Shown one piece after another: positions 1 through 12,469 of a DNA stretch of 64,000 bases. Numbering within the stretch: position 1 is the first letter of the stretch; every line of letters begins with the position of its first letter. Origin of the DNA: Picochlorum sp. SENEW3 (taxonomy: Eukaryota); assembly GCA_034226945.1 (NCBI GenBank), contig CP120453.1, positions 372,001 through 436,000 on the forward strand. The letters run 5' to 3'. The position numbers and the translations under genes are program-made. The notes beneath the pieces are model-generated. The model did no database searches. It was not told the origin of the DNA and saw only the letters and a list, made by a program, of their open reading frames with translations.

Positions 1-77
1 CCGGACATGGCAGTGAACAACTCTTTCACGTCACTCACATTCTCAGGCCTCACGATTCCATTCACCCGTGCCTCCAT
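1..77 (-). CDS. 5' end of a gene running off the window; possibly Mediator subunit MED18
   Basis: ATG at 77 gives MEARVNGIVRPENVSDVKELFTAMS, which resembles the plant MED18 N-terminus (ME-x-V-x-GI). Only 25 codons are visible. Confidence 0.35.
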   Translation of the reverse strand, partial: MEARVNGIVRPENVSDVKELFTAMS

Positions 78-251
78 ATCAAATCAATATTAGTTAATCA
101 ATTATCATTAATGCGATGCAATCGCATGCGCAGAAGGATTCTTTCATCATTTCTTGCCCATTCCTACATATTTCAAATTCGTTCTTCTTTACCTTTTCAA
201 GGCACCATGTATGGTGTGCAGTCGTACTCTAAGAATGAGGGTGATACCTGA

Positions 252-1958
252 TTACATATGTGTGTGATATGGATTCCTATGGCGTTTGATTTCATCATAT
301 GACGCAATCAGACACCTCTTAATATCAGCATAACTGACAACCAGCATGGATGTCTCATCCCTGCTCAAAAGCATTACTTTTTCATTCAACCCAGCATCTG
401 CCTTATTTATTGCATCAATGGTCATTCCCCAATCATTCAATGGTTGTCCTTGGTCATCCACTTGGTGGAAAAGAAAGTCTCTGAACAATTTTAAAAGATA
501 TCTGTCGCCAGTCTCAGCCCACCGAGTATCACCCATCAATTCTGCCCTGTCCACTACGGTATTCAATTTCATCAGAAATCTCGCAATCCTTCCATTCTCA
601 ACCTCTTTCGTCATTTCCATCGCTATAGTATCAACAGATGATTGATTCGAGCCGAGCTCATCGAGCAGCCTTGGTCCAAGTGCTGAGGCAACATTTCTCC
701 AGCTTTGAAACCCACCTTTATGGGATGCAATGAGCCCAGCAACGATATGACACAGCTCTCTAGAGTACGAAACAATCATCTGATCCAAGCTAGGTCGTTC
801 ATTTTTCGCAGCACAGGCCAACAAGAGGATCAAGGATCCCAGCGCAGACAGATCAAGCAACTGTGCTGCCTGCACATCAACTGGCCCTTGCTGCCCGACT
901 AGGACATCTGCGACACCTAAAAATCCAAACCGAATTCTATCAGGAGAGCATAAAAGTATTTTCGATGGATGCATGGCCACCGGGCCGACATATAATCCAG
1001 CAGAGTGGATTGCTTTCAATGCACAAACCATTTGCACCAGATACGACCATATCATCTCCTCAGACAGTTCAGGCTTTTCCTCCTCAACACCACCATCCTT
1101 CAGTGGATTAATGTACAGTTGCTCAAGCGTGCACGCCCCTGGGTGATAGTCCGAACTGATAAACATGGATGGAGTGTCCATGAACTCCTCTGATACAAAT
1201 GCCTCTCTCATCCCCACAATATTCGGATGATTTGCTATAGTGCTCCAGGTATCAATAGCCTTTTTAGCCCGCTCTAAAAGCTCAGTGGTTGGAACAAGAT
1301 GTCGGCCATCGAATCGCCTCAACATGTACGCCGCCCCATCACCATGGTGAACTGCCTTCATGGCAAGCATTGGAACAGACGCAACACACGAAGGCTGCTG
1401 CATCGACGTCCCAAAATTCTCCAACGGACATATTGAATGATACGATTGAATGGTCTCTGGAATAGATAACGAAGTCCTAGTCTCTTCATCCAAGTGAGAC
1501 ATGCACAGATAATTATGTTGCTGTACTGTCTGAACCAGAGTCTCTGAAGCAAACTGACCCACCAACTGCTTCACACCCTTGTCCACCATAAAGGTGGATA
1601 TCAAAGGGCGATGTACACCCGGGCCTTGTGGTCCCCTACCTCGCCCTCGACCCCTACCTCTCGACCCCCGCCTTCCACCTCGACCAACACTCTGCTGGTG
1701 ATGATAGGAACCCCGTTGCACCTGTGCACGCGCATGTCCCTCTTTAGAACCGAGCATTGATGACGAACCTCCTGCATGATATCCCCCGGTATCGTGACCG
1801 AATGATCGTCGCTGTGTGCTTCCACCCGTCGTCTCGCCGAAAGGCTGAACAGCCCGAAACATGGCTGTCGCCTGATCCACCATACCAGAGGCACTAGGCC
1901 CCCCTGTTGAAGATGAGGATATTCCCAACGTATCGTCCCCATCTATTAACCCATCCAT
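252..1958 (-). CDS. PAN3: PAN2-PAN3 deadenylase subunit PAN3 (pseudokinase)
   Basis: HPNIVGMREAF, DYHPG and the C-terminal knob motifs ENGRIARFLMKL and WAETGDRYLLKLFRDFLFHQVD. Confidence 0.93.
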   Translation of the reverse strand: MDGLIDGDDTLGISSSSTGGPSASGMVDQATAMFRAVQPFGETTGGSTQRRSFGHDTGGYHAGGSSSMLGSKEGHARAQVQRGSYHHQQSVGRGGRRGSRGRGRGRGRGPQGPGVHRPLISTFMVDKGVKQLVGQFASETLVQTVQQHNYLCMSHLDEETRTSLSIPETIQSYHSICPLENFGTSMQQPSCVASVPMLAMKAVHHGDGAAYMLRRFDGRHLVPTTELLERAKKAIDTWSTIANHPNIVGMREAFVSEEFMDTPSMFISSDYHPGACTLEQLYINPLKDGGVEEEKPELSEEMIWSYLVQMVCALKAIHSAGLYVGPVAMHPSKILLCSPDRIRFGFLGVADVLVGQQGPVDVQAAQLLDLSALGSLILLLACAAKNERPSLDQMIVSYSRELCHIVAGLIASHKGGFQSWRNVASALGPRLLDELGSNQSSVDTIAMEMTKEVENGRIARFLMKLNTVVDRAELMGDTRWAETGDRYLLKLFRDFLFHQVDDQGQPLNDWGMTIDAINKADAGLNEKVMLLSRDETSMLVVSYADIKRCLIASYDEIKRHRNPYHTHM

Positions 1959-2256
1959 ATCAATGCAGCTGCGTCCCTGTCGCGGAGACAGCTAGTGGCA
2001 AGATATTTGAGCAACGTGACGCTCTTGGGATCGCGAATCTTTGTATCCAACTACTTCCGTGTACTATATAAACAGCAAACAATACAATGAGCACGATTGT
2101 GGTCCCAAAACACAAACCCGCTGTCTAAGCAACACAAAAGACATCGATTGAGTCCGAATTAAGTACATTTAGAAATTTTAGAATCAGAAATTCTGATATC
2201 ACAGATACGATGACTTATACCCTGCATTGTCATTTGCTTAGATATAAGATACCATC

Positions 2257-3462
2257 ATGATGGAAATTTCGGGAATCAATCGCTGTTTGGAGACATGTCA
2301 CGGTGTGTGGACCCAGAAGCAGCACCCACCTGTTGCCCGACTGCGGCATTTGAGGCACTCCACTGTGTGTGCTTCATCTACTGGAAAAGCATCTGAAAGG
2401 GTTCGCCTTGGCGATAGTGATATGTACGTCTCGAAATGCTGTTTGGGAACGATGACTTGGGGTCAGCAGAATACAGAGGAGGAGGCACACAAACAGCTCG
2501 ATTACGCGCTCGAGCGCGGGATCAATTTTATTGATACTGCAGAAATTTACCCAGTACCCCCGGTGAAGGAAACACAGGGCCGTACTGATAGATATATCGG
2601 GTCATGGTTCAAGTCAAGGCAGGGAGCACGAGACCAGGTTGTGCTTGCAACAAAAGTGTCAGGATTTGGGCGACAGACATATTTACGGCGTGATGGATCG
2701 CTTCCTCGAGTGAACGAGAAGAATATCGTCGAGAGTGTGGATGCAAGCTTGGAGCGACTCGGTGTCGATCATGTTGACTTGTTACAAATTCATTGGCCTG
2801 ATAGGTATGTCCCTCTGTTTGGAGCACAGAGTTATGATTCATCTCAGGAAAGGCCAGACGATGTGCCTTTCGAAGAGCAGCTCATGGGATTAGAAAAGGT
2901 GATCAAGGCTGGCAAAGTATTGAACATTGGTGTTTCAAACGAAACGTCATATGGTGTCATGAAGTTTTCTGAATTGGCAGCATCTGCTGGTCTCCCAAAG
3001 ATTCAAACTATTCAGAATAGTTATTCTTTACTTGTACGAGGTTCGTTCGAGACGGATTTGGCCGAAGTATGCGCCCCTCGCCAATGCAACGTATCGCTCT
3101 TGGCCTACTCCCCATTGGCAGGAGGTTCCCTGACAGGAAAGTACACGACAGAGGATGAATCCAAACTTGCCAAGAGTCGATTCACGTTGTTCCAGGGCTA
3201 TATGAAGAGATATCAGCAATCAATTGCCAAAGAAGCTGTCGCAGAGTACTGCAAGGTTGCAGAGAGACACAACCTGTCGCCAACTCAATTAGCCTTGGCA
3301 TGGTGCCACAGCAGATGGTTTGTTGCATCCACCATCATCGGAGCCACCACCATTGATCAACTGAAAGAGAACATAGACGCATTTGATGCCACCTTATCTG
3401 ACGAATGCCTCCACGACATTGCTCAAGTCTACAAAAGGTACAGAGACCCATCGTTCAACTAA
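2257..3462 (+). CDS. Aldo/keto reductase, Tas-like, with transit-peptide-like N-terminus
   Basis: LGTMTWG, GINFIDTAEIY, LLQIHWPDRY, LLAYSPLAGG, IIGATT. Confidence 0.9.
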   Translation: MMEISGINRCLETCHGVWTQKQHPPVARLRHLRHSTVCASSTGKASERVRLGDSDMYVSKCCLGTMTWGQQNTEEEAHKQLDYALERGINFIDTAEIYPVPPVKETQGRTDRYIGSWFKSRQGARDQVVLATKVSGFGRQTYLRRDGSLPRVNEKNIVESVDASLERLGVDHVDLLQIHWPDRYVPLFGAQSYDSSQERPDDVPFEEQLMGLEKVIKAGKVLNIGVSNETSYGVMKFSELAASAGLPKIQTIQNSYSLLVRGSFETDLAEVCAPRQCNVSLLAYSPLAGGSLTGKYTTEDESKLAKSRFTLFQGYMKRYQQSIAKEAVAEYCKVAERHNLSPTQLALAWCHSRWFVASTIIGATTIDQLKENIDAFDATLSDECLHDIAQVYKRYRDPSFN

Positions 3463-3712
3463 GGAGGTTACAAAGTTGGACACTCCAAGAAGAAAAATGC
3501 ATTCCTTGATTGAGGTCCCGGAATCTGCTAACAACGCATTTCATGTAACACCCTATTCTGGAATTTGACATATCGCTTCATTGTAAATTACCTGGAGGAT
3601 ACAAACAATAGCAAAGACTCTTTCGCCTAGACCACACGTGCAACTGGAATAGGTCACAAGCGCGTTGGGGTATTCAGAAATCGAATGCATTCCTGAACTA
3701 CGAATTGAAAGA

Positions 3713-5213
3713 ATGAATTCTATAGAAAAGGATGGACAGGGCAGTGCGAATCTAGACTTTGCACTGGAGGCAGTTGGTGCTTCGGATGATGGAGAATTTT
3801 TGACTGGGGAAGAATTGACGATCGATCATATCCAACGATTATCAAGTATGTTGAAGTTTGATTCTTGATGCCTGTAGCGTATGAGCCTGTTTGTCGGATC
3901 GCCCGGGGTGGTGTGATTCCATTGTTGTTGTTTCACTGGTTTTTACCTCTTCTTCACTGTTTTCTTCAGCTTCGACACCAGAGCTAGAGTATCAGTCGTC
4001 ACCAGTGCAGAATGGGGATGGAACATACTTGAAGGTTGATGTGGAGCCATCGTCAACGGAGGCGTCGTATTCATCAATGGGGACAGACCAAAATGTGCCT
4101 TCGCCAACAGGGTCATCATCGAGTGGCAAGCCTTCTGTGTCTCCGTTGCCGCGGATGAAATCACCGCGAAAAGTACCACATGATCCACCTGTCACTCCTG
4201 GGAGTCGCTCGAAGAAAAAGTCTCCTCTGCCGCGGGTGGCCATGCTGGCACAAAACTCTGCAAAGAAACCTGCAGTTGAGCCGAAAAAGTCGTCGCCCCC
4301 TCCGTTCCGTACGGGAGGCAAGGCGACAGCGTTGCAAGAACCTCCAAAACGGTACATGTCAACAAGGACGTCGTCTGCGTCGTCAGTGTTGGCTAGGGAC
4401 CAAAGCAGGCAGTCTAGTATGAGGAGCACTGCTGGAACAAAGTCGGCAAAGTTTGCTGAGCGTCCCCAGTGGGGAGTCAGTCAACCTCAAACATCTGTGA
4501 CACCTCCTACTAGAAAGACGCAGTCGAGGACTGTCACGCCATCCTCGGGATCTAGAAGAGCAATAGCAAAGCCACCTGAGAATATAAAGCGGGCGCTTCA
4601 GGAGAGCAAGGCTCTTTCCACAATGGATTCTGTGGAATCAAAAGACGACTCGGATATGCAAAACCTAAAAGAAATTCTTCAGGATATAAAGACGATTAAA
4701 TCAGAGCTCGGCGTCGAGAGCGAAACGGTGGAGAAAGAAGATGATCAGGGTGGGGAGGCCACAGGAGAGAGTGGTGTTGCAGTCTCTGAAGAGAATGGTA
4801 CTGCCATAGAGAATGCCAATGATGATATTTTGAAAGAAGAAAAATCAGCAGAGGAGAATGTAGGTGAAGACGAGCCGATTGCGGTGGAAGAAGAGTGTGT
4901 GGAGGAAGGCATTCCACAGCAGACCTCTGATGATGTCCATCACGATGATGGTATGGCCAGTGCGGCGGATGAATCGAAAGACAATCAAGTTGAGGACCAA
5001 GTAAAGAACATAGTAGAAAGCCAAGAAGACGTTGACGGTGGTGATGCTTCTGCAGACCACAATGATGATGATGACAAGCCAGCAGTTCCTGAGGCTGATG
5101 TCACTGACAACATGGCTTCGTTGCGGGTGGAGGCCTCTGAGAAACAATCCACTACCCTGGAAGTAGAACCAGAAGTGAAAGCCAAACAGTTGTGCTCTTG
5201 TTCCATCATGTAG
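3713..5213 (+). CDS. Low-complexity Ser/Pro-rich then acidic protein ending in a CaaX box (CSCSIM); exons 3713-3845 and 3970-5213
   Basis: The GTATG...TTCAG intron 3846-3969 joins the two ORFs in frame (phase 1). C-terminal CSIM. Confidence 0.7.
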
Positions 5214-5480
5214 GCAGTATAACATACATAATCATGTACATACATTTCTTGACCACCTTCCTTAAAAGGAACAAAAGAACAAAAGGTCACGTGCCCCCCA
5301 AAACCCAAAATGTGGTGACGTGTCCCATGTGTTGATTCCGACACGTTTCCTACTGGACGCCGCATTCTAAATTCAACGAAAACATTTTCCTGAAAAGATT
5401 CAGATTTATTAGACGGAGGATCTACTGAACGAAATTTCCTTATCTGCAGAGAAGGCCCAAAAACAAGTGAAACAAAGACC

Positions 5481-5717
5481 ATGCCACTTACAACGCAGTT
5501 TGCGCCATTATCGACAGTCTTGTCGGTGGTTGTTCCATCCATCATTGCTACCTCGGCGATCTATGAGTACTTTAGAGTCACTCACCCACCCGCTGTGAGT
5601 TTTACGTCGGCTTGGATGAGCTCCACACATGATGCGACAGAGCACAAGCAGAGGGAGGCATCTGCTGAGGCAGTCATCATGGACCCGTTCAGGAGGGCCA
5701 GAGAACATGGCCATTAA
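5481..5717 (+). CDS. Small single-TM protein, possibly related to cytochrome c oxidase subunit IV
   Basis: 78 aa with one hydrophobic segment, followed by PP-x-SFTSAW...MDPF, reminiscent of the COX4 P-x-T-x-x-x-EW...NP tail. Confidence 0.45.
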   Translation: MPLTTQFAPLSTVLSVVVPSIIATSAIYEYFRVTHPPAVSFTSAWMSSTHDATEHKQREASAEAVIMDPFRRAREHGH

Positions 5718-6434
5718 TCATTCATTGAATCGTACTGTCTCTGGCACAAGATGGATGGAAGTTGATGTGCTGGCATACTGGCATTGCAGAATACCCCTCT
5801 TGAGGGTGTTGACTGTGTCAACCAAGAATTTGTCATGTTTGTTTTTTTGTACCTGCGAGTACATGTTTTTATAACTATATATAGTAGATTTGAAATACGA
5901 TGTTTGATGATAGAGAATGTAATGCATATACAATGTAATGCAATTTCATCGGGTTCCATGGCATGGAAGATTCCCTTTGCAAACCTACAAAATGTAATTC
6001 CCATGCTCTGCAAACCAAATATGCATGGTTCCCCACATGTGCATGCTCTGTCCGCCAACGCGGCTGATATGCGTGCACATAAGAGTGTATGTTGACAGTA
6101 GCGCATGGTAATGGTACAAATGACGCGCAGATTTACGGAATAATGGATAAAGGACAGTATCTCCGCAGGAGAGATACTCTTGCTATCCGTTATTTCCCAT
6201 CAAGGCAGAATTTGATCGAGCAAGTCGTTCATCGAGCGTTAGTTCTCCGCCGTTTCTCTCGAGACATGGAATCCAATTGTAGAGATTCCATCACCTACCA
6301 CCGTAAGTACAATATCAAAAAAATAATCAAAAAGTATATATATTGTTCTTCCCAGACACAGAGAAGCGTCTGTCTGAGGTCTTTCGCCCCGGAAACCAAC
6401 TCAAGACGGGTGTACGAGAGTTTGAACATAACCC

Positions 6435-7835
6435 ATGCAAACAGCCGGATTGGTGACTCATATACATCTGAATCAAACATTTTATATGAATAGAGAGGGA
6501 ATATTGAGGGCTGAGGAGGGTGGAACCCCAGGGTTTAAATCAGACGTGGAGAACACGTCACCTTTTGCGTCTGAGCAACACTCCCAGGGTGAGGAGGTTT
6601 TGGAGGCGGATCACTTTGATATATTCAATACACTCTCGGATATACGTGATGCAAAGAATGTGATGAAAGATGTGCATTTGGGGCCTTTGCTTGGGAATGG
6701 TTCCTACGGAAACGTGTACCTTGGATACCACGTGGTGTTTGGCAAAGTTGCTGTCAAGGTGATTCCGATTCAGAGCTGCGCAAAGTTGAGAGAGTTTGAT
6801 ATGGAGGTGAAGACTGGCTTGGATATAAAGCATAGCAATGTGACTGCATTGCATGAATGGAGGGTTGTGCAGACCAAATACTATGTATCCTCTGCAGTGT
6901 CTGATGATGATGGCCCATGTCCTACCCATGTATCATCTCCCTTTTGCCAGAAGGCCAGTTCAGACGGTAGCCCTAATGCCGTGTATCAGCGATTGCAAAG
7001 CATGAGGCATCGGTTATATTCGAGCAACTGCTCTGCCGGGTTTTCTCGGATGAGTTCGAGCAACAGTATTGGCAGCAATCCCTCATCGACACAGGGATCT
7101 CCAGTGAAAGAGATGCAGGCCTCCAATGGACAGACAGAAGAAGGAAGTGGCTGTCATTGTAACATATGCTCTAGCGAGTGGATTGAATTATGGTTGATTC
7201 AGGAGCTGTGTTGTCTCGGAACTCTTTCCAAAGCTATCGAGAAGGGCTGTTTTACAGAGATTGGAAAGGATGCCAGTAAAAAGTTGCGATTTGTGACCAA
7301 GATTGCTTTGGATATTGCCAGAGGCATCGCTGCGCTGCATGAAAGAGATGTGATTCATGGAGATTTATCGTCGAACAATGTCATGCTCGCGCGTGATGGT
7401 GATGATGAGGTGGAAGATGAGGTGTGTCTCAAACCTTGGACATTGGATGCGTCAGACCCATTGTTCATGCCTGTGGCCAAGTTGATTGATTTTGGGCGTT
7501 CGAAATCCACCGGTAGGTGTACTCAACACACAGACTCCTTGAGCACGTTGGCATACATGAGTCCGGAAATGTTGAGCAATGGTACCATCACCCCTGCGGC
7601 AGACACCTACTCCTTTGGAGTCCTCCTGTGGGAGCTTTGGATGAATGCTCTGGCATGGGATGGCCTGTTGGCCGCTCAAATTATAGTACAGCGAAGCATG
7701 GGTAAAGTTCTGGACATACCTGAGGATACGCCACCCGAACTTGAACATCTCATGCGAGATTGTCTCGCTGAAGATAGGCATATGAGACCGCTCATTGGCG
7801 AGATCATCAGCAGGTTGATATCCATGCAGCCATGA
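6435..7835 (+). CDS. Ser/Thr protein kinase (TKL/Raf-like); 5' exon structure uncertain
   Basis: GNGSYGNVY, VAVK, HGDLSSNNVML, DFG, MSPE, DTYSFGVLLWE. Confidence 0.88.
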   Translation: MQTAGLVTHIHLNQTFYMNREGILRAEEGGTPGFKSDVENTSPFASEQHSQGEEVLEADHFDIFNTLSDIRDAKNVMKDVHLGPLLGNGSYGNVYLGYHVVFGKVAVKVIPIQSCAKLREFDMEVKTGLDIKHSNVTALHEWRVVQTKYYVSSAVSDDDGPCPTHVSSPFCQKASSDGSPNAVYQRLQSMRHRLYSSNCSAGFSRMSSSNSIGSNPSSTQGSPVKEMQASNGQTEEGSGCHCNICSSEWIELWLIQELCCLGTLSKAIEKGCFTEIGKDASKKLRFVTKIALDIARGIAALHERDVIHGDLSSNNVMLARDGDDEVEDEVCLKPWTLDASDPLFMPVAKLIDFGRSKSTGRCTQHTDSLSTLAYMSPEMLSNGTITPAADTYSFGVLLWELWMNALAWDGLLAAQIIVQRSMGKVLDIPEDTPPELEHLMRDCLAEDRHMRPLIGEIISRLISMQP

Positions 7836-8274
7836 TGATATATGATCTGTTTCACACTGTGAGAGAAGAAAAATACTACTGAGAGTAGCGATATTGTATG
7901 TATGCATGATATGAGAGGATTCAGTCAGGCATGGTATCGATACCCGGATGGCATCACCCTGCAGGTGATGTGCCAACAAGAATGTCAAGATGTATACCAA
8001 GCATCAATTTGATGATAGTACTGATATATTCCGTTGATTTTGTTATTCTGTGTTCTCGTGGATTGTTTCTGAGAACGTCAAGTTCATTCATTCAGATGTA
8101 ATCAGCCTTTGTTTTGTTTTTGCCAAATGGCCACTGAAAGAAACCTGCAGTCTTCGTCGTCGTCTTCTTCCAGAATATGAATAATATTTATTAAATAATA
8201 ATAATTAATGAATTTCCACAGCGTTATAGAACCAAAGGCAGCCTGATTGAGCACAAATCAATCAAATTGTCCAC

Positions 8275-9669
8275 ATGGAAGCACTCGTTGCTGTGAGAGA
8301 GACGTTTCTCTCCAAACAACTCGACTCATTAGAAAAACATGAAGGATTATACGATTTTGGATCAAACTATGGGGCCTATCCGGAGATGTACAAGACGCCA
8401 TACAAATCCCAAGAGGGGAAGGGGGCGTTTTACACTCTCGATACAATTGTATTCTTTGCAAAGAGATTAGGCACTGGATTTAGATTTGGTGAGTATGTGC
8501 GTGCTGCGAAGGAGGCTGGGGTAGAGACGATCAAATTGATCGATAGAAAGGTGGGTGTGCTTCTTTCTTGAATACTGCCTTGTCCACTGTGCAGGAATAT
8601 CATCATGATGATGTGTATGTGCATGCAGCATTTGGAGGATTACTTGACTGGAAAGATTGATTCATCAGAATACATACTCCCGGATCAGTTGCCCCTTCAG
8701 GACACGTCTGGAGCAGGCGTCTCTGAACTGCGAGGGACAAAGAGACCTCTTGCAGCAGAGCCTGAAGCACAGGAGGAAGACGATGCGTTGAAGACAATTC
8801 TATCAAACGAGTTGAGATTGAGAAATAGAAATACAATGTTGTCGGTTCCAGGGAGGAGTTTTGATACTGTGATCTCTGTATTGGAGCATGTGGCACGGGA
8901 AGAGCTTCAGCAGGCTGCCAAGGCTGGTGGCATGGCCAAGTCGGTGACGGCTCCGCGTTCATCTGGTCGTTTCCAAAGAGAGACTACGACCGATGCTGCA
9001 GTGAAACAAATGGGAGCCGGGGCACTTGGTATCCAGAATGTTGGATTTGGTGGTGCGCAAGCACCAAAACCAATGCGTCGGGCGCAACCAGAAGAGCATG
9101 CTGTGAAACAGCCTCTGGTGGTACCCAGGCCAATGAGCAAGGCGGCATCTCCGACCAAGCCAAAGGCTACGCCGCTGATTCTTGTACCGCCTGCGGCCAG
9201 TGCGATTTTAAACATGTATAATATCAAAGAGTTTCTGGAAAAGGGAGTGTTTGTTCCACCCGATGTGGCCAGATCCAAAGCCCCCAAGAAACCTTCATAT
9301 GAGCGATGCATGCGGTCAGAGGGTAAGAGTAAACCCGTCAAATATCATATTACGGATAAAGATCCGACAAAGAAGGAAGACTGGGATAGACTCGTTGCTG
9401 TGTGTTGTCTTGGAAAGACGTGGCAATTTAAAAAGTGGCCCTTCAAAGGGGCCTCCTCTGGAGACATGGTAGACACTTTTTTACGAGTCGCAGGCGTGTT
9501 TTTCCATTACGCTGACGAGCCTATAGATCCTCTTGTGAAGCAGTGGAACGTGAAGATGATTCCCATCAGTAGACATACGCGAGACACGGATGAGGCAGCC
9601 ATGAGAGCATTCTGGTCACACATGGATGCCTTTTTGAGTTCGAGGCAACGATCGAACGTGTTGTTTTGA
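8275..9669 (+). CDS. CDC73: Paf1 complex subunit CDC73/parafibromin; exons 8275-8550 and 8629-9669
   Basis: DRK/HLEDYLTG, PLILVPPAASAILNMYNIKEFLEKG, DWDRLVAV, WQFKKWP. In-frame GT-AG intron 8551-8628. Confidence 0.9.
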
Positions 9670-9768
9670 CTCTCTCTTTTTCTTTTTCTCACACACATAC
9701 ACGGTGTAAAAGGAATGTTGTATTACATAGATATGTTGTGTTCATCATCAATCTCAAGCAGAAAATCC

Positions 9769-11292
9769 TCAATTCTTAAACTCGAGCATCATATTATTGT
9801 CTGGTGCAAGTCCGATGCATGCTCTGAAAATGTTCTCAAGCATGGCCCTCTGCTTTGCAAGGGCATTCACGACTGGTGTTCCTTCTGGCACGAGAGGAGC
9901 CTTTGTCAGGTACGACAAGAGCACTGCCACGGGGTGGAAGTTCTGGAAATCAGCTTCGCCACCCTTTTTCACCTCAATCCTGGTCAACAATTCTGCCAAA
10001 ATCACCAAATCCAGGATGATTGGGGCAGCGAGAAGAGAATCTTCGCAGGTGTTATGCATCACAATAGTATTGCGACCGCCCATGAAAATCTCGGACGTGT
10101 ACTCGTCCATGGCTCTCTTGGAGTCACCGACATATGGAACATACTTGATCACAACAGTGTGATCTGGATGCTCTCCTGGAGCGTAGAGAATCGAGTTGGA
10201 AGCAACCATGTCATCAACCACGTTTGATTTGGAAATTTCCTTGGATCTAAACGTCTGCGGAGCAGACAGATTCATTCCATCATTATTTCCCAGATGATTG
10301 TATGACACAATACTGGTGGGCTTGATTCCAGCACCCACCAAAAAGTCAACCAACACGCTCTTCATCTTCGTCTGTCCACTCTTGAAATCATCCCCTCCAA
10401 TCAAAACATTATTCTTCACAGCCAGATCGATCAATCCAGGAACGAATGTATTCTGTGGGGATCCATTCACAAACGGCACACCCTCCAAGATGCATGCCAC
10501 AGCATGCAATGTCGATGGAGACACCTCCTTCTCACCCTTTTCAATGGACTTGATCAAATTATCAGCTGTATCATTCACACCCTCCATCACCTCAGAGTAT
10601 CTCTCGGTATTCGCAGTCCACAACACCACAATCTTATCAACCCCACGCTCCTGCTTGAACTGACGAATCTGAGCCCTCACAGCCTCCACCTGCTCATGCT
10701 TACCTCCCTTGATCACATTCGTAGCACGCTCTGACTGATTCGCAGCAATAAACTCTGGATCATAGATACCAGGAAGAGGCACCAAATCCTTCATGTGTGG
10801 CACCAGCTGACGCTGCAACTCCACGTCCAACACCTGAGCACGTTCCATCGCATCCGCCAAATTCAATCCAGAAATGTCCCATCCACCGAGCTCAATATCA
10901 TTTGGATTCACCATTGGCAACAGACTCTTGAATGGGGTGTACACCTCCTCCCCATTCATATTCCCCACGCGGCACGTGGCAGCCTGCGTCAGCGAACCCC
11001 AGTAGTTTGGCGTCCTCAAACCTTCCTTGGTCATCCATGTAATACCATGTTTATTCGCCAAAATACCTCCTGTAACAGTAGTTCCATTGTTTCCTCCCCA
11101 TCCAACAAGCATGACACCCAATTTTGGTACCCGCGTATCCGTCTTGAATTCGTATTCTGTGCTGACTGGCGTTACAGTCACAGCATCCCCGGATTGGGTC
11201 ACCTCTGTGTGCTCATACTGATATTTTGACACAATGGAGTCATTGGAATACTGAACTTTGTCAGAATTCACCTTGAAATTTTCAACCAGCAT
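9769..11292 (-). CDS. INO1: myo-inositol-1-phosphate synthase
   Basis: [38 protein letters not shown]. Confidence 0.97.
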   Translation of the reverse strand: MLVENFKVNSDKVQYSNDSIVSKYQYEHTEVTQSGDAVTVTPVSTEYEFKTDTRVPKLGVMLVGWGGNNGTTVTGGILANKHGITWMTKEGLRTPNYWGSLTQAATCRVGNMNGEEVYTPFKSLLPMVNPNDIELGGWDISGLNLADAMERAQVLDVELQRQLVPHMKDLVPLPGIYDPEFIAANQSERATNVIKGGKHEQVEAVRAQIRQFKQERGVDKIVVLWTANTERYSEVMEGVNDTADNLIKSIEKGEKEVSPSTLHAVACILEGVPFVNGSPQNTFVPGLIDLAVKNNVLIGGDDFKSGQTKMKSVLVDFLVGAGIKPTSIVSYNHLGNNDGMNLSAPQTFRSKEISKSNVVDDMVASNSILYAPGEHPDHTVVIKYVPYVGDSKRAMDEYTSEIFMGGRNTIVMHNTCEDSLLAAPIILDLVILAELLTRIEVKKGGEADFQNFHPVAVLLSYLTKAPLVPEGTPVVNALAKQRAMLENIFRACIGLAPDNNMMLEFKN

Positions 11293-11642
11293 TGTTGTCG
11301 AGTGGTTCAGCCGTCGAATGGAATGATCGAGAACAATGTATCCACAACAATGGCAGTGGGTGTCCTACAATACAATTTTATCTTTAGAGGATTGTAATTA
11401 GATGGATTTGGAACGGCCGAGGTTGGCGGTGTTGGGTGGATTGGACGCATTTGGCCATGTCTCACGCGATGGTTGTCAGTCAACCCCATTCTATATCGCG
11501 ATGATCCCATTGAATAGATGGGTTGACCGGAGTATGTATATTTTTTCTCTAGTATTCTCCCCAAATTGGCGTTGTTTCTGTATATTATAAACCAACAACC
11601 AATACCAATAGGTTGTCGTGAAAATATTCAAAGAAGAAATCC

Positions 11643-12077
11643 ATGGAGTTGCACCACAAGCTACGAAGGGATCCTTCGTGGCATCCCAATTCGTGTAATA
11701 TTTGTGGTCAGCTTGGGCATCAAGCAGCGACGTGTTCAACCGGTACTGTGAATTGGAAAAATATATATGGTCCAAGGGCGTTTCTTAGACAGCCTACGGT
11801 GTTTCCGAGCGACGTGGATAGGGCAATGGAGAAGAAGAGGGTGAATATCAAGGCTTTAGAGGAGGACCTGGATAGGTATCTGCAAGGGGATGGAGGGGTG
11901 ATGACGCATGCAAAGAATATTACAACAACAGTGGGACAGCGTGGTCCGCCGAGGCAGGTTGTGGAGGAGCCTGACCTGCCGGAAGGGTGGGCTGCGGCAA
12001 AGGATGCGCAGGGCAAACTGTATTATTGGCACAAGGAGACGAAACAAGTACAGTGGCAGCGACCGGCAGCGGCGTGA
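11643..12077 (+). CDS. CCHC zinc knuckle plus WW domain protein; an upstream exon is possible
   Basis: CNICGQLGHQAATC knuckle and LPEGW...YYWH...QWQRP WW domain. Confidence 0.82.
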   Translation: MELHHKLRRDPSWHPNSCNICGQLGHQAATCSTGTVNWKNIYGPRAFLRQPTVFPSDVDRAMEKKRVNIKALEEDLDRYLQGDGGVMTHAKNITTTVGQRGPPRQVVEEPDLPEGWAAAKDAQGKLYYWHKETKQVQWQRPAAA

Positions 12078-12469
12078 TTGGAATGCATGTGTAGTAGTTG
12101 TAGTTACAACGCAGTAAACTTTATGTATTAATTTATTCAGACTTGGCAGTGAAAGTTCAAAAGATGACTGCCATAGATACAATGTAAGAGTTCAGTTACG
12201 TATTGCTCCCTATACCCTATACCCTGTGCATACCGTCGTTCTTGGCAGGAGGGTAATGAGGGTAAATAAGCCAATATCAACCACACTGCCACACTGCCAC
12301 GCGAAAAATAAACACAATTTCCTAATAATACAAAAAATAAACCATCATAAAAACAAAAAACATCACAAAAATCCAAAATAAATCCAAAAAAAACAACCCC
12401 AACAAGACCAAAATACCCTAACAAAAAAAAACACACCAACCAAAAAACACGCCAAAATAACAACAAAAT

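Noticed and set aside
5714..6106. Overlapping short ORFs between the small membrane protein and the kinase
   Set aside because: No recognisable motif or convincing splice model; AT-rich and probably UTR or promoter
12208..12225. CCCTATA-CCCTATA-CCCT resembling the CCCTAAA telomere repeat
   Set aside because: Only 2.5 imperfect copies and no true array
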